Below the pieces are notes generated by a model. That model was not told where the DNA came from. It saw only the letters and a list, made by a program, of their open reading frames with translations, and made no database searches. A stretch of DNA of 47,857 nucleotides, taken from a virus (lineage: Duplodnaviria; Caudoviricetes). The position numbers and the translations under genes were made by a program. The stretch is taken from positions 1 to 47,857 of IMG/VR virus record IMGVR_UViG_3300030385_001684, one strand, 5' to 3'. Positions 19,280-27,180 of this stretch are shown here, in pieces. The number at the start of each line of letters is the position of its first letter. The stretch's first letter is position 1.

Positions 19280-19980
19280 TGGCGCCGTATGTGCGATATG
19301 CGAACCAGGGCGCCACGCGCAACCAGCCGCTCGACCAGAGCCTCGTTGACGCCTTCTCGTTCCTGCCGGAACTCGGGCTCGCGATGGAGGTGTTTTCGGG
19401 CGGCCAGCCGGCCAAGGGCACCAGCGACAAGCGCGTCGGCTCCGTCCGGCACGATCACGGCAAGTCGGCCGACGTGTTCTTCACGAAGGGCGGCCAGCGC
19501 CTGAACTGGGCGCGCGACAGCGACAGGCCGATCTTCGAGGACATCGTGAAGCGCGCCGCCGCAGCGGGCGTAACCGGCTTCGGTGCCGGCCCGGGCTACA
19601 TGCGCGAAGGCTCGATGCACGTCGGCTTCGGGTCGCCGAGCGTATGGGGCGCGGGCGGCAAGGGCGCGAACGCCCCGGATTGGCTTCGCCGCGCCTTCAG
19701 CGGCGCCGCGTCCGCGCCGGCTGCCGCTGGTGCGCCGGCCACCGCCTCGCGGATGCTGTCGCCGCAGCCGATGGCCCAGACGCCGGAAGCCACGACGGCG
19801 CCGGCGCTGTTCGGGGATCTCGTCGCGGCGAACCAGGTGCAGACCGTGCCGGTCCCGCAGCCGCAGGACTTCGCGACCTATCTGGCACAGCGAAAGGCGG
19901 CCGAGGCAGAAGCCCAGGCCGCCGACCAGCAGAGGAAGCTGGCGCTATTCGGCGATGATCTGTTCGGGGTGTTCGGCTAG
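19279..19980 (+). CDS. Virion-associated peptidoglycan hydrolase, peptidase M15-like
   Basis: Zn ligand pattern RHDHGKSADV ... SMHVG (H-x6-D ... H); ends GVFG. Confidence 0.65.
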   Translation: MAPYVRYANQGATRNQPLDQSLVDAFSFLPELGLAMEVFSGGQPAKGTSDKRVGSVRHDHGKSADVFFTKGGQRLNWARDSDRPIFEDIVKRAAAAGVTGFGAGPGYMREGSMHVGFGSPSVWGAGGKGANAPDWLRRAFSGAASAPAAAGAPATASRMLSPQPMAQTPEATTAPALFGDLVAANQVQTVPVPQPQDFATYLAQRKAAEAEAQAADQQRKLALFGDDLFGVFG

Positions 19981-20093
19981 AACCACGGCTTCAGCAGCGC
20001 GATCATGTCGTCGGTGTGGAACGCGATCAGGTAGAGCGTCCCGCACGTCACGACCGCGTAACCTGCCCATTCCCATTTTTCCGTGTACCGCAT
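19977..20093 (-). CDS. 38-aa single-TM protein (not in ORF track)
   Basis: SD GGAG; MRYTEKWEWAGYAVVTCGTLYLIAFHTDDMIALLKPWF. Confidence 0.5.
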   Translation of the reverse strand: MRYTEKWEWAGYAVVTCGTLYLIAFHTDDMIALLKPWF

Positions 20094-20158
20094 CGCCCGC
20101 TCCGTCCGTTTCGGATCGGTTGTAGGACGACGCGGGTTTGGGCGCAAATGGGTGCGTT

Positions 20159-20356
20159 TCAGGCCGCGACTTGTTCTGCGATCTCACGCTTCAGCGCGTA
20201 GACCGCTTGCCGGTACGTATCCCCGCGAGCCGTGAACAAGGGGTTGCCGTTGCTGGTTAGGGAGGCCTCGTAGCCGTCCACGACGTAGAGCATCTCCACC
20301 GCGAAATGCAGGGTAGTGTTCATTTCCAGCCAGTCCAGGCGTTCTGCGTCAGTCAT
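20159..20356 (-). CDS. Hypothetical protein
   Basis: SD GGAGAG; MTDAERLDWLE start seen in small phage proteins. Confidence 0.65.
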   Translation of the reverse strand: MTDAERLDWLEMNTTLHFAVEMLYVVDGYEASLTSNGNPLFTARGDTYRQAVYALKREIAEQVAA

Positions 20357-20462
20357 CGCTTCTCTCCGGTTTGCGCCCAAAAGTGCGCCCAAAAACGCAT
20401 CTGTCAGCCGATTTGGAAAGTGTCTGCTGGGGGAGGTTTGCCTTCAAAAAGAAGGACTTGAA

Positions 20463-20508
20463 TGGTGCTGCCGCGGGGATTTGAACCCCGGGCCTCTCCC
20501 TTACCAAG
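20463..20508 (-). mobile_element. attP core: 3' half of tRNA-Thr(GGT)
   Basis: Reverse complement CTTGGTAAGGGAGAGGCCCGGGGTTCAAATCCCCGCGGCAGCACCA has anticodon loop GGT, T-arm and CCA; the 5' half is absent; about 150 bp downstream of the integrase. Confidence 0.9.
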
Positions 20509-20655
20509 ACAGCTATCCGTTTTGTCTGTCGGCCGTCTGCTGCGGGGTTTCCGTTGTTTCACAGGCGCTCCAGCCTGCCACTATCTGCCGTTGTCTGCCA
20601 GTGTCTGCCGCGGAAGACGCCCATTTTGGGCATTTGCGCCCAACTTTGCGCGCAC

Positions 20656-21759
20656 CTATTCGGCCGCCTCTTTCCAGTTCGAGATGGTGTCGACGGCTTC
20701 CCTCAAGTCCCCGGGCGCGTGCTTCGCATACACACGCTCCGTCATGAGCATACTGTTGCCGAGGATTTTCGAGACCTTGAACAATGACACGCCCCGGCGT
20801 GCCATCTGCGTCGCGGCCGTGTGCCGTAGCACGTGAGGGGATATTCCGGTCGCCCGGTTCTTCCCGCTCGGCGTCTTCGATCCGCCAAATCCAGCCTTGA
20901 CGGCGATCGCCTGGACGAGCGCCCAGACCTCGCCGGAATGATCCATGACGAGATTGCCGGTGCGCTCCGCATGGGCCCGTTCGAGCCACGGCCGCAGCGC
21001 CGCCGAGATCGGAACGTCGGCCCGGCGCTTCTTCGTCGCTTTCCGGCCCGGCACGTTCAGATGGATCACGCCGGTCTCGAAGTCGACGCGATCCCACGTC
21101 AATTCCATGATAGCCTCTTTGCGCGCGGCGGTCTCCAGCGCGATCCGCAGGAACCGCTCGCCACGCGACAGGCGCGAGCCGCCGCGCATGGCCTCGGCCG
21201 CCGCCAGCAAGCGCGCGACCTCCGCATCCTTAAGCCAGCGATCGCGGGCCTCGCCGGACGCCGGCAGGTCGAAGACGGGCAGCAGCGCCGGCGCCACGAT
21301 CTTCCGCTTCGGATGGGCGCACCAGTTCAGGCAGGCGCGCAGGGCGACGAGTTCACGGCGCACCGTCGGCGGCTTGGATGGCCGCCCGATCCGCCCGGCC
21401 GCGCGCCTGTCAAAATAGCGATCGACGCAGTCCTGGTCGATCTGGCCCAAGAGCAGCGGGCCGAAATGGGGCTCCAGGTTCTTCCAGGAGAAACGGGCCG
21501 TGTCGGTCGATGCGACCTCGCGGGCGACATGGCGCCGCGCATACACGTCCCAGAGGTCCGCGACCGGCGTCGCCGCGCCGGCCACTTCGGATGCCTCGTT
21601 ACCGCGGTCTAGGATCCAGCGGGCATAATACGCTTGCGCCGCGCCTTCGTCAGTCTCGCCTGTGCTTTCTCGCTTAGAGCGCCGGCCCTCCGTCCAGAAG
21701 ATGTAGAACCGGCTGTCCCGGTCCCGCTCGTCGAGCCTTCGGAGGGTAAATTTCGGCAT
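20656..21759 (-). CDS. int: Tyrosine integrase
   Basis: TAARKEAI (R), HVLRH, LGNS, RVYAK (Y); adjacent to attP. Confidence 0.95.
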   Translation of the reverse strand: MPKFTLRRLDERDRDSRFYIFWTEGRRSKRESTGETDEGAAQAYYARWILDRGNEASEVAGAATPVADLWDVYARRHVAREVASTDTARFSWKNLEPHFGPLLLGQIDQDCVDRYFDRRAAGRIGRPSKPPTVRRELVALRACLNWCAHPKRKIVAPALLPVFDLPASGEARDRWLKDAEVARLLAAAEAMRGGSRLSRGERFLRIALETAARKEAIMELTWDRVDFETGVIHLNVPGRKATKKRRADVPISAALRPWLERAHAERTGNLVMDHSGEVWALVQAIAVKAGFGGSKTPSGKNRATGISPHVLRHTAATQMARRGVSLFKVSKILGNSMLMTERVYAKHAPGDLREAVDTISNWKEAAE

Positions 21760-21917
21760 TTCAGTTGCTCCAGGCAGTCCAGCAGATCGGCCTCGTCAAT
21801 CTTAATCGGGCGCCCCGGCACATACCGAAGCGCCCCTCGTCTTCTGAGGCGGGCAACGGTGCGGGCCGAGCAGCGCAGCCGCTCGGCGGCTTCAGCTTCG
21901 GTCAGCAAGGTGGTCAT
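21609..21917 (-). CDS. Excisionase-like HTH protein
   Basis: LLTEAEAAERLRCSARTVARLRRRG, MerR-type HTH; overlaps the int 5' end. Confidence 0.75.
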   Translation of the reverse strand: MTTLLTEAEAAERLRCSARTVARLRRRGALRYVPGRPIKIDEADLLDCLEQLKCRNLPSEGSTSGTGTAGSTSSGRRAGALSEKAQARLTKARRKRIMPAGS

Positions 21918-22326
21918 CGTTCAGGATCTCCACGATCTTGGCGGCGGCCGACGTCGACACCCAGCGGTTCACCCGCAGCCACGCGCGGGACGGGTCGCTG
22001 GTGCTGACGCGCATCTCGAGGCTCGGAAAGTCCTCGTTGATGGCGTGCTCGACCTGGTTGGGCAGCAATTCGTGCGCGGGGATGTCCAGCGCCTGAGCCA
22101 GCTTTTGTAAGCTGAGTGCCGTCGGCACCTTTAAGCCGCGTATATAGGAGGAGATGCTGTCCGGCGGGAGATCGGAAGCGCGGGCGAGATCCGCCTGGCG
22201 CCACCCCTTCTTCAGCATGAGGTTGTAGACGCGGCGTCCGAACTCCTGCTTCGTCAGGTGTTTCGGAGCCAGCGCACCGCCCTCCATGCTATCGCCGCCC
22301 AGGTGTGTGCGGTCCCGTCGTGCCAT
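21892..22326 (-). CDS. CI-like XRE repressor
   Basis: KGWRQADLARASDLPPDSISSYIRG HTH; divergent from a cro-like gene. Confidence 0.85.
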   Translation of the reverse strand: MARRDRTHLGGDSMEGGALAPKHLTKQEFGRRVYNLMLKKGWRQADLARASDLPPDSISSYIRGLKVPTALSLQKLAQALDIPAHELLPNQVEHAINEDFPSLEMRVSTSDPSRAWLRVNRWVSTSAAAKIVEILNDDHLADRS

Positions 22327-22372
22327 TGTTTTATCCCCGTCCCTCGTCGCGTTCAGTAGACTGTGTATGTCG

Positions 22373-22446
22373 CTTGTATGGCGATTATCAGCAGCGGTCA
22401 AGCGACAATCTGTCCGAATAGCAGTTGACGGCAGACAATCTGTCTG
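22373..22446. promoter_or_regulatory. Lysis/lysogeny switch: divergent promoters and two operator-like palindromes
   Basis: Leftward TTGACC-17-TACAAG (22401..22373); rightward TTGACG at 22425; GACA-ATC-TGTC at 22404 and 22434. Confidence 0.7.
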
Positions 22447-22486
22447 TCAGAACGGACAAAATCAGCATACGAAGGACAGACAGCAG

Positions 22487-22711
22487 ATGTTCGCAGCCCG
22501 GCGATTTTTGACGGACAAGGTTGGCACCCCGCAGCATGTTCCGGTATTGTTCACGCTCTACGGAATGAAGGCGCCGAACCCCGAGGCTGTCCAGAAGTGG
22601 TACAGCCGCGGCAGCATCCCGGGCGACTGGTTCGCTGCACTGCTCTGTGTTCTGGAACTTGACCGCGGCGAGCCGGTAAGGCTAGCTGAGTATCTGGAGG
22701 AGGTCGCGTAA
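22487..22711 (+). CDS. Cro-like protein
   Basis: 74 aa; EAVQKWYSRGSIP resembles the Cro/YdaS helix; divergent from the repressor. Confidence 0.7.
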   Translation: MFAARRFLTDKVGTPQHVPVLFTLYGMKAPNPEAVQKWYSRGSIPGDWFAALLCVLELDRGEPVRLAEYLEEVA

Positions 22712-22932
22712 TGGAAGCTGCATCGATCGAAAGCCTTGAAACCCGCATGTTCTGGATGCTCGGGCAGTCCCTTCGGAACTGCGAGCGAGCCGACGATGCG
22801 GAAGGCGCGCAGCAGGCCCTGAACGAGATCGACGACCTCCGGGCCATGACGACCCAGTCGGCGCTGGCGAGGAGATGCGAGGCCATTCTGGCACAACATC
22901 ACCCGCTTTGTGCGCAGGCTCGGCCGGAATGA
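22711..22932 (+). CDS. Hypothetical protein
   Basis: SD GGAGG, TAATG coupling. Confidence 0.65.
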   Translation: MEAASIESLETRMFWMLGQSLRNCERADDAEGAQQALNEIDDLRAMTTQSALARRCEAILAQHHPLCAQARPE

Positions 22933-22979
22933 GCGCCGAGCCCATCGAGATCGTTCTGCTGGGTCAGCCGCGCGGATGA
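22929..22979 (+). pseudogene. N-terminal remnant of a resident RusA-type resolvase
   Basis: MSAEPIEIVLLGQPRG-stop resembles the RusA first strand and G-x-P-x-x-K motif; its stop overlaps the next ATG. Confidence 0.5.
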
Positions 22980-23776
22980 CGAAGAAGCGAAAATCCGCCG
23001 ACTTCGGCACGATTGTCTGCTCCGACTGCGGATCAGAGGTGCCGAAGCGCGGCCCGTCGCAACGCTACTGCCGTGACTGCTCGCAAACGCGCGACATCAA
23101 GCGGAAGGGCCTCTACCAGCTTGAGAAAGGGCGCCAGAAGTTCAACGAGAAACGGGCTGCATGGGCGGCGAACGGTGAGGAAATCAGCCGCGCCGAACGA
23201 CGAAGCATGGTCGACACCGCGCCGGTAATGCCGAACCTCATCTGGTATACGAAGGTCGCGGTGCCGTTCAGCTGGTCTGGGTCGAAGAACAATCTGTTCA
23301 CGTCGACCCGATCGGGCCACACGTTCCTGCGAGATGAGGCGCGCTACTACCGGACCCTCCTGACCGGGGCGATACGAGATGCAGTCACGGCGGGGAACGT
23401 CGTCCAGAACAAACTGTGGATCGACATCTACGTGCAGAAACCGAACCACAAAGGGGATGCGACGAACTTCCTGGACATGGTGTGCGATGCCGTGAAAGAC
23501 GCCATCCCGCTCGACGATCGCTGGTACTCGGTGCGCTGGATTGACTGGCAAATCTGCAAGTCAGACCCGATGCTCTACGTTGGCGTCGGGCAGGACACGA
23601 ACATCAACGTGCAAGCCTGTTCTGCGTGCGGTCGGCTCTTGGAGTTCCACGAATTTCAGAAGAACCGGGCCGCAACAAACGGCATCGCCCGCGTGTGTCG
23701 GGAATGCCAATCCGTGAAATCGGCGCGTAAGCGCCGCGAGAAAGCGCGCCCCCAGTTACAGGGCGTGTTCGCCTGA
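22976..23776 (+). CDS. RusA-like endonuclease with N- and C-terminal zinc ribbons
   Basis: VPFSWSGSKN ... DATNFLDMVCDAV ... DDRW acidic motifs; CSDC/CRDC and CSAC/CREC pairs. Confidence 0.75.
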   Translation: MTKKRKSADFGTIVCSDCGSEVPKRGPSQRYCRDCSQTRDIKRKGLYQLEKGRQKFNEKRAAWAANGEEISRAERRSMVDTAPVMPNLIWYTKVAVPFSWSGSKNNLFTSTRSGHTFLRDEARYYRTLLTGAIRDAVTAGNVVQNKLWIDIYVQKPNHKGDATNFLDMVCDAVKDAIPLDDRWYSVRWIDWQICKSDPMLYVGVGQDTNINVQACSACGRLLEFHEFQKNRAATNGIARVCRECQSVKSARKRREKARPQLQGVFA

Positions 23777-23851
23777 AAGGCCACTGGAGGCGAGCCGGGC
23801 CTGTGGATCCGGATCGAACCCCTCAACCCCGCACAAGGAGTTTTCGCATGA
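23777..23851 (+). pseudogene. C-terminal remnant of the resident RusA-type gene
   Basis: KATGGEPGLWIRIEPLNPAQGVFA-stop resembles the last RusA strand; contains the SD of the next gene. Confidence 0.45.
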
Positions 23852-24435
23852 AGATCGAGCTAGGAAAGTTCTACCGGGACGGCAGAGGCCGAAAAGTCGG
23901 GCCAATGCGTCCACGCACTTCGATTGACCGCTTCTCCTGGTCGGGCGTCATCGAGGGTTTCGGTTCGCAACGCTACGCCCCTGACGGTGATTGCAGTGGC
24001 GACCCGCGGTTCATCGCGGACAATCTCGTGGCTGAGTGGGCCGACGAACCGGCGGGCGAGAAACCCGCCGATTTCCGCTTCATTCGTGACGACGGGATGT
24101 GGCAAGAAGTGCGGTTCGCCGAGGAGCCAACCGTCACCAAGGCATCGCTCCTCGACAACGCCAAGGCCGCCGTAGCCGACCGCGGCCTGAACTACGGCAA
24201 GCCCGAGGACAATTTCGCCCGCATCGCGCGGCTGTGGTCGGCCCATCTCTACAACACCGGCAAGATCGAGGACGAGGTCCAGGAACTGACCGCGATCGAC
24301 GTCGCCCTGATGATGGACCTGATGAAGACGGCGCGGCTGGAGAACGACCCGCTCCACCAGGACAGCTGGGTCGACAAGGCCGGCTACGCTGCCTGCGGCG
24401 GGGAAATCGCCGGCGGGATCGCAAAAGACGCTTGA
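23848..24435 (+). CDS. DUF6378-like phage protein
   Basis: DRGLNYGKPEDNFARIARLWS ... KTAR ... DSWVDKAGYAACGGE. Confidence 0.75.
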   Translation: MKIELGKFYRDGRGRKVGPMRPRTSIDRFSWSGVIEGFGSQRYAPDGDCSGDPRFIADNLVAEWADEPAGEKPADFRFIRDDGMWQEVRFAEEPTVTKASLLDNAKAAVADRGLNYGKPEDNFARIARLWSAHLYNTGKIEDEVQELTAIDVALMMDLMKTARLENDPLHQDSWVDKAGYAACGGEIAGGIAKDA

Positions 24436-24482
24436 CCGCTTTGTCTGCCAGTGTATGCTACAACGACATACACTGGCAGACA
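24432..24482 (+). promoter_or_regulatory. Promoter embedded in a perfect 16-bp inverted repeat
   Basis: TTGACC-16-TATGCT; arms TGTCTGCCAGTGTATG (24442-24457) and CATACACTGGCAGACA (24467-24482). Confidence 0.65.
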
Positions 24483-24521
24483 GTGAAGAAACTGAGGGCA
24501 TGAAGGCAAGGAGCCACCGCC

Positions 24522-24776
24522 ATGACGTATCGACCGCAACGCTTCGCTCCCGTTCTGATCTACTTGGTAGAAGTCAGCGACGGGCTGTATTGCCACCCGA
24601 GCAGGACCGGCTTCACGGCCGGACAGACTGTGTGGGCCGATCGCGATCTCCAGTTCTCTTGCTACCAAAACGCCAAGGCTCATGCTGCTCGCGTGAAAGG
24701 CCGGGTCGTGAAGCTTCGCATCCGTGCCACGCGCGAGGCCGTTAAGTCGCGGAAGCCTGCGGGCAGCGCAGAGTGA
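24522..24776 (+). CDS. Hypothetical protein
   Basis: SD AAGGAG; GTGA coupling to the helicase gene. Confidence 0.6.
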   Translation: MTYRPQRFAPVLIYLVEVSDGLYCHPSRTGFTAGQTVWADRDLQFSCYQNAKAHAARVKGRVVKLRIRATREAVKSRKPAGSAE

Positions 24777-26119
24777 TCCCGCTCCCCACCCAGATCGACG
24801 GCGCGCGGTTTCTGGCCGCCCGCCGCTACGCCCTGCTCGCCGACGCACCCCGTGTTGGCAAGACAGGCGCCGCGATCATCGCGGCCGATCTGGTCCTCGC
24901 CGAGACCATCCTGATCATCACGACGGCGTCCGGTCGCGGCGTCTGGCTGAAGGGCCTGGCCGAGTGGTCGGTGTTCGACCGCCGCGCCGCGATCATGACG
25001 CCGAAGAACGCCGGCACCACGACGGCCGACGTGGTCATCGTGGGCTGGCCGTCGATCGCCGACCCGAAGGTCCGCGCTGCCTTGCTGGCGCGCCGCTGGT
25101 CGCTGCTGATCTCCGATGAGGATCATTACGCCAAGTCCTTCGAGGCCAAGCGGACCCAGAGCCTCTACGGCGTGCCGGACGGCGATCTGCTGCTGAACGC
25201 GCAGGCGCTCTACGCGACGGCCGACGCGGTCTGGCCGCTGACGGGCACACCGCTCCCGCACAGCCCGGCCGATATGTTTCCCCGGATGCGCGCCCTGTGC
25301 CCGGATCGGCTGGAGGCCGACGAGGCCAAGGGCTGGCCGGACGTGACCCGCTACGACGACTTCCTGCACCGCTACTGCGTCGTGCGGATGAAGAAGCTGT
25401 CGAACTTCAACCGGATCCCGGTGATCGTCGAGGGACGCAACGAAGACGAGCTCGCCGCGCGCCTGAAGGGCTTCTTCCTGCGCCGGACCCAGGAGGACGT
25501 GGGTATCCGCCCGCCGGTCTACGACATCCTGCCGCTGATCGTGTCGGATCGCATGAAACGCCAGGTCGAGGGCGATCTGGACCGGACGGCCGTGCTGGCC
25601 GCAGCGGAGACCGGCGCCACGAAGGAACTGGAGATGCACCTGGGACCGCTGCGGCGGCTGACCGGGGAGATCAAGGCCCGCGCCGTCGTCGACGCCGTCA
25701 AGGACGAGTTCGACTGCGGGCTCGACAAGATCGTGCTGATGTACTGGCACAAGGACGTTGGGACCATTCTGGAAGACGGGCTCGCCAAGTTCGGCGTCGT
25801 CAAGGTCGATGGCGCGACGACCCCGGCGAACCGCGACGCCGCCGTGGCGTTCTTCCAGAAGCCGAACGGCGCCCGTGTCTTCCTCGGCCAGATCGTCGCC
25901 GCCGGCGAGGCCATCGACCTGTCGGCAGCCGCGGTCCTCTGGTTCGTGGAGACCAGCTTTGTACCGGCCCACATGAGCCAGGCATCGCTCCGAATTACGA
26001 ATATCGGCCAGAAACGACAGGCCGTTGTGAAGGTCGTGGCCCTCGCGGGCTCGATCGACGAGGCGCTTCAGTCCCGCCTCCTGACCCTCTGGACTGCGAT
26101 CAGAAAGGTTCTCGCATGA
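24773..26119 (+). CDS. SNF2-like superfamily 2 helicase
   Basis: ADAPRVGKT, DEDH, LTGTP, AAGEAIDL, QASLRITNIGQ. Confidence 0.88.
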   Translation: MIPLPTQIDGARFLAARRYALLADAPRVGKTGAAIIAADLVLAETILIITTASGRGVWLKGLAEWSVFDRRAAIMTPKNAGTTTADVVIVGWPSIADPKVRAALLARRWSLLISDEDHYAKSFEAKRTQSLYGVPDGDLLLNAQALYATADAVWPLTGTPLPHSPADMFPRMRALCPDRLEADEAKGWPDVTRYDDFLHRYCVVRMKKLSNFNRIPVIVEGRNEDELAARLKGFFLRRTQEDVGIRPPVYDILPLIVSDRMKRQVEGDLDRTAVLAAAETGATKELEMHLGPLRRLTGEIKARAVVDAVKDEFDCGLDKIVLMYWHKDVGTILEDGLAKFGVVKVDGATTPANRDAAVAFFQKPNGARVFLGQIVAAGEAIDLSAAAVLWFVETSFVPAHMSQASLRITNIGQKRQAVVKVVALAGSIDEALQSRLLTLWTAIRKVLA

Positions 26120-27180
26120 CCCTCAGAATTGAAGTGACCGTGCCGGAAGGCGAAGTCCAGGCCGGTGCCGGTGGGCGCTATCTGGATCAGGCCCTGTCGG
26201 CTCTCGGTTTCAACCGCGCCTCGACGGCCTTGTCGTCGCCGAATGTCGAGACCCAGATGGCAATGGCGGAAGTTGAGCAGGGGGGCCTGGAGCGGTTCGC
26301 CGGCGCCGACGAACTCATGGCCGATCTGAACGGCGAGGAACCCGAGACGACCGAGGAAACCCCGGCTGTCGAGCCCGAGCGCCTGCGCGGCCAGTCCAGC
26401 GGCGACCGCAAGCGCCGCACCAAGGAGGAGATGGCCGAGGACAAGGCCCTCGAAGACGCCGCCGAGAAGGCCGGCGTGCCGATCGAGAAGATCGACGGAG
26501 CGCTGGCGAACGGGCACTCGCGGGCTGAAGTGCTGGCCGGCTTGTCTGCCAAATCCGCAGTCACGGAAGACACGGACAAACCGGCCATCTCGACCGGCGA
26601 GAACCGGGTCGGCCCCGAGGACGAGCAGGACCGCGCCGACGAGGCCGCCGAGAGCGCGGCGAAGTCGGATGGGTCGCTGACGCTGGACGATCTGCGCCGC
26701 GCCGCCGGCGACTACCAGAAAGCCTATGGCATGGCCGCCGCCGTCAAGGACGTCGAGGTCATCCTGGGCTGCAAGATGAACGACGTCGCCGACGGCGATC
26801 TCGAAACGGCCATCAGGTTGCTGCGCTCGGCGATCGACGAGAACCCGCACAACCGCGTGCGTGGTGGCGCCAAGACCGCCGAGACCCCGACGGCCGAAAA
26901 GCCCGCCGAGGCCCCGCGCACGGCGACCAAGCAGGACGTCATCGACGCCATGCTGGCCTACGCCAAGAAATACGACGGGCCGGACGCCACGCCGACCGAC
27001 CCGGCGACCATGCCGTTCACGACGGCCGACGCGCCGGTCGTCTTCACGAAGCTGTTCGGCGCCGAGGTCAACCGGCTCGGCCTGATCCCCGACAGCCCGG
27101 AGAACTACGGCAAGGCCGTGGCCGGCCTGGAGGAGATGCTGGCGGTCGACCCGTTCAAGCGTGGCTCGTCCAATGGCTGA
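26116..27180 (+). CDS. Acidic hypothetical protein of the replication module
   Basis: ATGA coupling; acidic and Ala-rich; typical position before DUF2800/DUF2815 genes. Confidence 0.7.
   Translation: MTLRIEVTVPEGEVQAGAGGRYLDQALSALGFNRASTALSSPNVETQMAMAEVEQGGLERFAGADELMADLNGEEPETTEETPAVEPERLRGQSSGDRKRRTKEEMAEDKALEDAAEKAGVPIEKIDGALANGHSRAEVLAGLSAKSAVTEDTDKPAISTGENRVGPEDEQDRADEAAESAAKSDGSLTLDDLRRAAGDYQKAYGMAAAVKDVEVILGCKMNDVADGDLETAIRLLRSAIDENPHNRVRGGAKTAETPTAEKPAEAPRTATKQDVIDAMLAYAKKYDGPDATPTDPATMPFTTADAPVVFTKLFGAEVNRLGLIPDSPENYGKAVAGLEEMLAVDPFKRGSSNG

Noticed and set aside
20463-20508. Functional tRNA gene
   Set aside because: Only the anticodon loop to CCA is present; the D-arm and 5' acceptor strand are missing, so it is an att core
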